Part shown: positions 28,402 to 34,420 of the stretch, piece after piece
How the letters are laid out: the number at the start of each line of letters is the position of its first letter
Numbering within the stretch: the first letter of the stretch is position 1
Virus record (IMG/VR): IMGVR_UViG_3300009436_000059
Coordinates: 1 to 34,420 of that record
Origin: a virus
Lineage: Duplodnaviria; Caudoviricetes
DNA length: 34,420 bases
Direction: 5' to 3' (one strand)
The notes under the pieces: generated by a model
Told to the model about the DNA's origin: nothing
The model's database searches: none
The model's input: the letters and a program-made list of their open reading frames with translations, nothing else
Translations under genes and position numbers: made by a program

Positions 28402-29238
28402 TTATGACGATCTTTGTTCTTTTGTACTTCTACCTACTATATATGGATATGCAGGAGAAGTAAATGTTCCGTCTGAGAATGTCAAGAAGTATGCGTATGT
28501 TCCGTTTGCGTAATCTGGTGTAACGCAGTATCTTCCATTATATTCATCTAAAGTTCCTGAAGATGTATACTCATAATCTTCACAGAACTTACCTTGAGAG
28601 ATTATATCATATCCATTAAGTCTAGATGCTAGTGGCGTTGGTCTAACAGTATAACTAGACTCCATCCTAATCACAGCAGACGTATTATCTGTCGATGAAG
28701 AGTATCCCATTGGACCGTATATTGGATATCCATCAAATGCATATCCTAAGATTCTAGAGTGTCCATCTGGATGCTCAGTACCATTAGTATAATATGTACT
28801 AGATCCTGTGAATGATGAATTACTTTGAAGTCCATTTGTATAGAACCCACCACTTCTGTATCTATACTCTCCATCAGTCTCTGGCTTTCCACCACAGAGA
28901 TCTTGATAAAATTCTGTTTGATTCTCTATGATATTCCAGTGATATCCAGGTGGTGCCGCCTGTCCAGAAACTGGTAAAACCGAATTCGGTGCCATTGGTG
29001 AGTATATAACAACACCCGTTGTCGTTATACCTATCGGCAAATCCTTATCGACAATCTGAGGATTGGAAGTATTACTTCCGCCTCTATATTTAATAGTGAA
29101 GTCGTTACTCTGATCTGCAATATTCGATGAGTCTTGGAATGTTCTAGCACTACCATCATTCTTTGGAACATTTGTTCCGTTATGCCCAGCCTTCGCAGGA
29201 AACGGATCGCCGTCTGATTGTATTCTTAATGTAGCCAT
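28402..29238 (-). CDS. YHYH-family protein with degenerate signature (YRYR) (278 aa)
   Basis: PIGITTTGVVIY, HSRILGYAFDGYPIYGPMGY, MESSY, LDEYNGRYCVTPDYANGTYAYF and YPYIVG are typical of the YHYH family as seen in aquatic T4-like baseplate regions. Confidence 0.85.
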   Translation of the reverse strand: MATLRIQSDGDPFPAKAGHNGTNVPKNDGSARTFQDSSNIADQSNDFTIKYRGGSNTSNPQIVDKDLPIGITTTGVVIYSPMAPNSVLPVSGQAAPPGYHWNIIENQTEFYQDLCGGKPETDGEYRYRSGGFYTNGLQSNSSFTGSSTYYTNGTEHPDGHSRILGYAFDGYPIYGPMGYSSSTDNTSAVIRMESSYTVRPTPLASRLNGYDIISQGKFCEDYEYTSSGTLDEYNGRYCVTPDYANGTYAYFLTFSDGTFTSPAYPYIVGRSTKEQRSS

Positions 29239-32200
29239 TACGAAACTCCTGTTTCAGTTGCAATATCTGCAACTAGATTCTGTGTAACTACGTTGTCAGA
29301 ACGGAATGTTACAACAAGCCCGTTTGTTGAATATAGTGGATCTGTCGCAGCCGCATTGTAAGTTATAGTAGGAATAGTTATATCCAATCCCGAATTCCCA
29401 ACAACATGAAGCGTTACATCCCTGTACTCATTGGGCGCAGTGCCCTGTATCGACCCGACTGTCTTAACTTGATATGTTGTATTCGGTGCTGTAAAGTTGG
29501 ACGGATTATTGGCGACATCTGTTCCTCCACCAGTCATCTGTACGAAGTCTCCAACTTGAGGTACATAATCAAAAGTTGTCTGAACTGCGATTGCATTACT
29601 CGCAAAGCGTAATGTGCTTGGAGTATAAGTGACGCCCGAAGCATTAACGCCTGGATATGTAACTGAGTTTTGGGTTACATATTCAAACTCACTCACACCA
29701 TTAGTCGCTATGTAATTTTGAGACTCTATATTATAGTACACAAATTCTACATCCAGTGTTGTATTAATTACGTTATCACTATTTATGAGTGGAGTAGAGA
29801 ATAGTTTTGTACCCGCAACACCAACAACATCACTAATAAGACCTGTGTATTTTTTAGGATCAACGATAGAAGATACATCATATGAGTATTCTTGATAATA
29901 ATTATTGTCATGAATCTTCTTGGACTCTTCGCTCAAGAAAGATGTTTTAGATTTCCATCTACCCGCCGTCTTTCCTTGACCCAATGTTCTAATTGTTGCG
30001 TCAGCAATCTTTTTACCATAGCTAGGACTATCGACTTCTTCATTAAAGATTTCGATAGCCTCACCATCCGTATATCTATATCCTGTCTTAGTTATAGCTA
30101 CAGTATCTATCTGTCCAGTTTGATATGATGCCACTCCCTGAACTCTACCATTATTTCCCATCACACTAGATGTCTGATCTTCTCTTAGGCCACTGAATGA
30201 TTTGAGTACACCTCCAACCAAAACTTTAGTTAATAGTACATCATCGTCATCTCTGCTTTCATCGAATTGATAGAAAGACATAGGTCTAAAGTAGAAATCT
30301 GATCCAACTCTTTTTAAGAATTTTGCTTTTGATTCATATGCTATAGTACCACCAGAAACGTAGTCGAATGAAGTCTCACTATCCTGATAACCAACAGCAC
30401 CATTAGTCGATGTTGCGGCCAAGTTCTCTATCTCAACTTCAGAAAGGTTACCAGTTAGACCAACTTCAATATCTGGAATAGTTCTATTCTGAGTTATCGT
30501 ATCTCCAACACTAAGATTAAAGTCTACAACATCAAAGTTTAAAATAAAGTCATGTTTCTGAAACTTCGAGATTAAGTCAAATTCTATATTAGCGAAAACA
30601 TCGTTCTGATAGTTAGAGCCAGCATTCGATACATTTAACGTATCTAATGAGCCTATAGTAATTGTTATTGGTGAGAACGCATCAGCTATGCTTGTGTTTA
30701 GATTTTCTGCACTAGGGCCGGTCATACCATAGTCATCGTTCGATGGAATACCATCAGCATCTAACACGACATTTGTAAAATCACCAATCTGATCCGTAAT
30801 CAATGTGACAGTTTCTTTGTTTCTTACATTACCAATAGTAAATTGCGCTGTGTCATTAGGAGTTCCCAAGCCAACAATGTCGACCGTATTACTAGAGTCG
30901 TGATTAACCTCAACAGTAAATGACGGATTCTGTAGTGCTGTGGGAAAAGCAACTCCTGTCGCTAAAGAGCCTTGGAGATTATCAGTATTGGGAGTCGGTT
31001 GAGTCGTCACGGCAGTAAGGGGTGTATAGAAATCAAGTAGAGTAAGAGCCCTAAGCCATCTCTTTAATTTCAGTTTTACAGCGTCTGATGCCTCTGGAGT
31101 TGCTCCTCCAAAAGCATCATATTTGATGCCGGCTGGTGTTCCATATACTGAATATGTTAAGCCGCTTGTGTCGCCATCTGTTTCTTGTTGCTGATTGATA
31201 TTACCTATAAATCCGATATCAGTACTATCGACAGCACCGCTATCGTCAATATCTATAGCAGAATTAGTCTCGCCCGCTACAGGAAACGGATCACTCAGCG
31301 CAGATGCCCAGTTCTCATATGGAGCATATATAGTAGGATTTGTAAACGCAGTTGCACTACCAAATATCGCAATAGAAGATATTATTTGAACAAGAAGTCC
31401 AGTGTTTGGAATACCATTAGGTGCTTGAGTAGTCCACAATGTATTATAGTCATCTATGTTTGAACTCTCGACAAATAGAAGAGGATGATTGTATTGTATA
31501 ACTTTTGCATGACCACTCATTACATAAGGAACTGCATCAGCATCTCCACTTCCAGTATAAGTCAATGGAGATGCATTAGCACTAATAATATCGCCTGGCT
31601 TTAGTTGTAACGTGTTAGCATTATTGACAATAAGAACTTGATTACTAGTTCCTATGTTATTGCTTACAGTCATACTACTAGCAGGATCAATATAACCAAA
31701 GCCGTCATCAAGAATCCGAAAGTCTATAGATCCAGTCTCTTGTTGTGATGTGGTTAATACACGAGCAGTGCCGTCAATACCAGTGAGTGCTGATCGAAGA
31801 CTAAGAGCGTCACCGACTTTCTGATTCGCTATTCTGTTTAGTGGGTTAATACTAACTTCACTCACTGATCCAGATATTAATTTACCTACGTTAGTCTCAC
31901 CATCAGCAGAGAATACAATTATACCATCGTCAGCAGAGAATGTTCCAGTTATGTTCGATAGATATATGATAGGAGATAGTGCGCCCGAGAAGTTAACAAA
32001 GATTACTTCATCAACGAATGCGCCCGCTTGAGATAGATCTCCTTTTATTCTATCTCCCTTATTAATAGGATAGTCATCTACTTGGAATACAGTACGCATT
32101 TCAAGATAAGCATCTCCTCCCCAAATAGAATCGGAAGGCCGCAAAATAGCTGTACTAGGATAGAAGACTTCAATGTCTTGATCAAAGAATATCTTGAACA

Positions 32201-32507
32201 ACAACTCAAGTGATTCCTGAGTGCCCTTTCGTGTGTACATATCCTTAATGTGCTTGAGTACATATCGAACATCAATAGCGGCATCTAGTGGTAAATCAGC
32301 AAGATACTTCTTCTTAAAGAATACTATAAAGGAACTAAGAGTACTATCAATATCACGAAGTTTAGGAACGTCACGATCCATCTTTTCGTCAAGATGCTGA
32401 TAATACGACTCTACAAATGATATAAGAAAGTCGCCATTTTCCTTATAGACATCTGGAAATTGATCAGCTATCTCTGCATAGATACTACTTCTCAGGTTCA
32501 AAGCCAT
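29238..32507 (-). CDS. gp7: Baseplate wedge initiator gp7-like (1089 aa)
   Basis: IADQFPDVYKE...FVESYY, KHIKDMYTRKGTQESLELLFKIFF, YPSTAILRPSD, KIHDNNYYQEYSY...VAGTKLF; position directly after gp6. Confidence 0.85.
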   Translation of the reverse strand: MALNLRSSIYAEIADQFPDVYKENGDFLISFVESYYQHLDEKMDRDVPKLRDIDSTLSSFIVFFKKKYLADLPLDAAIDVRYVLKHIKDMYTRKGTQESLELLFKIFFDQDIEVFYPSTAILRPSDSIWGGDAYLEMRTVFQVDDYPINKGDRIKGDLSQAGAFVDEVIFVNFSGALSPIIYLSNITGTFSADDGIIVFSADGETNVGKLISGSVSEVSINPLNRIANQKVGDALSLRSALTGIDGTARVLTTSQQETGSIDFRILDDGFGYIDPASSMTVSNNIGTSNQVLIVNNANTLQLKPGDIISANASPLTYTGSGDADAVPYVMSGHAKVIQYNHPLLFVESSNIDDYNTLWTTQAPNGIPNTGLLVQIISSIAIFGSATAFTNPTIYAPYENWASALSDPFPVAGETNSAIDIDDSGAVDSTDIGFIGNINQQQETDGDTSGLTYSVYGTPAGIKYDAFGGATPEASDAVKLKLKRWLRALTLLDFYTPLTAVTTQPTPNTDNLQGSLATGVAFPTALQNPSFTVEVNHDSSNTVDIVGLGTPNDTAQFTIGNVRNKETVTLITDQIGDFTNVVLDADGIPSNDDYGMTGPSAENLNTSIADAFSPITITIGSLDTLNVSNAGSNYQNDVFANIEFDLISKFQKHDFILNFDVVDFNLSVGDTITQNRTIPDIEVGLTGNLSEVEIENLAATSTNGAVGYQDSETSFDYVSGGTIAYESKAKFLKRVGSDFYFRPMSFYQFDESRDDDDVLLTKVLVGGVLKSFSGLREDQTSSVMGNNGRVQGVASYQTGQIDTVAITKTGYRYTDGEAIEIFNEEVDSPSYGKKIADATIRTLGQGKTAGRWKSKTSFLSEESKKIHDNNYYQEYSYDVSSIVDPKKYTGLISDVVGVAGTKLFSTPLINSDNVINTTLDVEFVYYNIESQNYIATNGVSEFEYVTQNSVTYPGVNASGVTYTPSTLRFASNAIAVQTTFDYVPQVGDFVQMTGGGTDVANNPSNFTAPNTTYQVKTVGSIQGTAPNEYRDVTLHVVGNSGLDITIPTITYNAAATDPLYSTNGLVVTFRSDNVVTQNLVADIATETGVS

Positions 32508-32510
32508 GAA

Positions 32511-34271
32511 TTATGATTCCAATGGAGATACAGTTATAAGAACATCTTCACCACGAATCACGATGATACGATCTTTTGGAGGACGAATATCTTTGTTCGT
32601 TGTGTTAGCAGTAAACTTAATTGCTTTATTCTGGAATGAACTAATGTTTAGATTAGACAGCTTGATGGCGCCTGTAGTATAATCAACAGTTCCGACAGAC
32701 GATTTAAACACGCTTTCGACAGTAGTGTCACCAGTCACTAGCATAATGTTTCCTTTACCGTCATCCTTTGCTGATACGAGAGATCCATCAACAGTAAACT
32801 TAGTAGATGATATAGCAGGCTTGAATGTAGTAAATCCTTCTACGTCATCAAACGGATAAGGCTTAACTAACTCAGACTCAAACGAGAATGATGGACTTGT
32901 TGCTAGATTAAGTGTGGGAACATATTCGATGATAGGCTTGGATACAATATCAGAAGATACAATAGATCCATCAACAGTATCAAGAAATGCCGCCAGTCTA
33001 GATTGACGAAGTGTCTTATTAAAGTCATTGAGGTTTGTATTCTGATATGCTATAATAGAGTCATTCAACTCAGATCGAATCTGTGCTGGCGACTTATTAG
33101 TTGTATTAGGATCATACACAACACTAATGTCAGTGCTGACATATAGAAACTTAGCAACAACAAAGACAGGCTCAATAGTAAGAGGAGTCTTGTCCCTTAG
33201 ATAGTTCTTGAAGTTAGCAATCTCATAGTCAGCCGCACCTTCACCACCAGTAACGTCAACTGAGATAATTACTTTTCCGAACTGAGGAGGAATAACTTCA
33301 TCACCGCCATATACAGAGATAGCTTGAATATTAGGAAAGCGAGAACGTAGAAGAGTCTCGTAGTCTCTTTTCGTTACTGCTCTCTCTTGTACTTGAAACG
33401 CCTTAGGAGCGAACGTCCGAATTGACTCAATATCTTCTGCCATCGATCCGCCCGATGTAGCAGTCGTGACATTCACAGTTATAGAACTCGCTCCGCCAAA
33501 AGCGCCAATCGTCAATGAAGTTACTCCATTAGCGGACGGCCCAGAAGCTATTCTATACTCTGCTTTAATGATATCCGTTACTGTAGGTTGTACTCCAAAC
33601 TTGTTCTGTCCAAACTGTAGAGAGTACTTTCCGTCATTCTCAGGTTGTAGATAGAAGACTTTATCAGTCGCTGATACGCCGAAGATATCACTTCTATATG
33701 TGTATGTTTCGTTATTAACAGTTATTTTAAGAGAGCGAGTATCAATAGCATCATTACTGAGAGTCGTATTAGATATCGTGAGAGTCTCCTTAATCACACG
33801 GCCTTCAAATAGATCAGCATTCTCAACGACATATAGAGAGTTATTACTACTAGATCTTACAGCAGTATATGCTTTATCCGTTAATAGATTATATGTCTTG
33901 TTACCACATCGCCCAATGAACTTAGTATTCGCAGGAATGTTAAAGTAGTTACTGTCTAGATTGGGAGCGATCACACTAATCGTTGCTTTAGCACCTGCAC
34001 TACGTCTACTTGTAGGAAGATAGTTAAGTTCCTTTGCATGGCTCAATACGCTATTACGTTGACTAGCACTATCGAGAAACATCTCGGATATCATCATGTT
34101 ATAATAGTAGTTGTTATAGAACGTATTATATGATAGTACATCAAGTAGCACATTCGTGTTAGAGCCTTCGTAGTCAAAGTCCTTGAAACGATCCTGATTC
34201 TTTAGAAACGTCTTGAGTGCTTCTTTAGTTTCAGCGAAGTCTAAATTTTTTATTGGTGACAAGTTGGCCAT
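32511..34271 (-). CDS. gp6: Baseplate wedge subunit gp6 (586 aa)
   Basis: LDFAETKEALKTFL, FKDFDYEGSNTNVLLDVLSYNT, EMFLDSASQRNSVLSHAKELNYLPTS, QERAVTKRDYE, YGGDEVIPPQFGKV, VGTVDYTTG. Confidence 0.95.
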   Translation of the reverse strand: MANLSPIKNLDFAETKEALKTFLKNQDRFKDFDYEGSNTNVLLDVLSYNTFYNNYYYNMMISEMFLDSASQRNSVLSHAKELNYLPTSRRSAGAKATISVIAPNLDSNYFNIPANTKFIGRCGNKTYNLLTDKAYTAVRSSSNNSLYVVENADLFEGRVIKETLTISNTTLSNDAIDTRSLKITVNNETYTYRSDIFGVSATDKVFYLQPENDGKYSLQFGQNKFGVQPTVTDIIKAEYRIASGPSANGVTSLTIGAFGGASSITVNVTTATSGGSMAEDIESIRTFAPKAFQVQERAVTKRDYETLLRSRFPNIQAISVYGGDEVIPPQFGKVIISVDVTGGEGAADYEIANFKNYLRDKTPLTIEPVFVVAKFLYVSTDISVVYDPNTTNKSPAQIRSELNDSIIAYQNTNLNDFNKTLRQSRLAAFLDTVDGSIVSSDIVSKPIIEYVPTLNLATSPSFSFESELVKPYPFDDVEGFTTFKPAISSTKFTVDGSLVSAKDDGKGNIMLVTGDTTVESVFKSSVGTVDYTTGAIKLSNLNISSFQNKAIKFTANTTNKDIRPPKDRIIVIRGEDVLITVSPLES

Positions 34272-34275
34272 GTGT

Positions 34276-34420
34276 CTATCTTACCCTATTAAGATCAATT
34301 GTAAGTTCTGAAGTGTTACTAGTATTTATCACAGAGAATACTATTCTTACTCGCAGATCGTTTGTGTCTATGTTAGCTTCAACTTCTACGTTGTGTAGAT
34401 TACATCTTGGTTCATATGTA
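34276..34420 (-). CDS. gp25: 3' end of baseplate wedge subunit gp25 (truncated by window edge)
   Basis: Manual translation gives TYEPRCNLHNVEVEANIDTNDLRVRIVFSVINTSNTSELTIDLNRVR-stop (TAG at 34276-34278). YEPR motif and position immediately upstream of gp6. Confidence 0.85.
   Translation of the reverse strand, partial: TYEPRCNLHNVEVEANIDTNDLRVRIVFSVINTSNTSELTIDLNRVR

Noticed and set aside
455-33948. About 40 short ORFs (60-147 aa) antisense to or nested in the long genes
   Set aside because: They are shadow frames of long S/T/G/V-rich genes, lie inside well-supported CDSs, and show no recognisable motifs.
1-34420. tRNA, rRNA, CRISPR array, transposase
   Set aside because: Intergenic gaps are at most ~21 nt apart from 57-128, leaving no room, and no such patterns were seen.

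Overview
This window is the virion-structural (late) region of a large T4-like myovirus, probably aquatic. It is almost fully coding and AT-rich, with tightly packed or overlapping stop/start codons. Read on the minus strand (right to left), the core baseplate block is: gp25 (partial), gp6, gp7, a stand-alone YHYH-family gene, gp8, a VrlC/DUF4815-like giant protein, a small coiled-coil protein, and a fibre with a gp10/gp12-type C-terminal domain. An ~18.7 kb accessory cassette of large putative virion proteins follows: a beta-helix protein, two tandem paralogues, an LRR protein, a 488-aa protein and a 945-aa PA14-like protein, the only gene on the plus strand. Highlights: (1) one ~45-65 aa module recurs 7-8 times in six different virion proteins, including apparent in-frame insertions in gp8 and VrlC; (2) one paralogue is split by a +1 frameshift at a prfB-like ATT-TGA-C site; (3) the 1383-aa protein has two phycobiliprotein-like KCxRDxxY motifs; (4) a perfect 16-bp palindrome holds back-to-back T4 late promoters; (5) the YHYH motif reads YRYR; (6) gp7 has a dockerin/EF-hand-like loop. 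No RNA genes, CRISPR arrays or mobile-element enzymes were seen. Family assignments come from motif recognition and gene order, not database searches.
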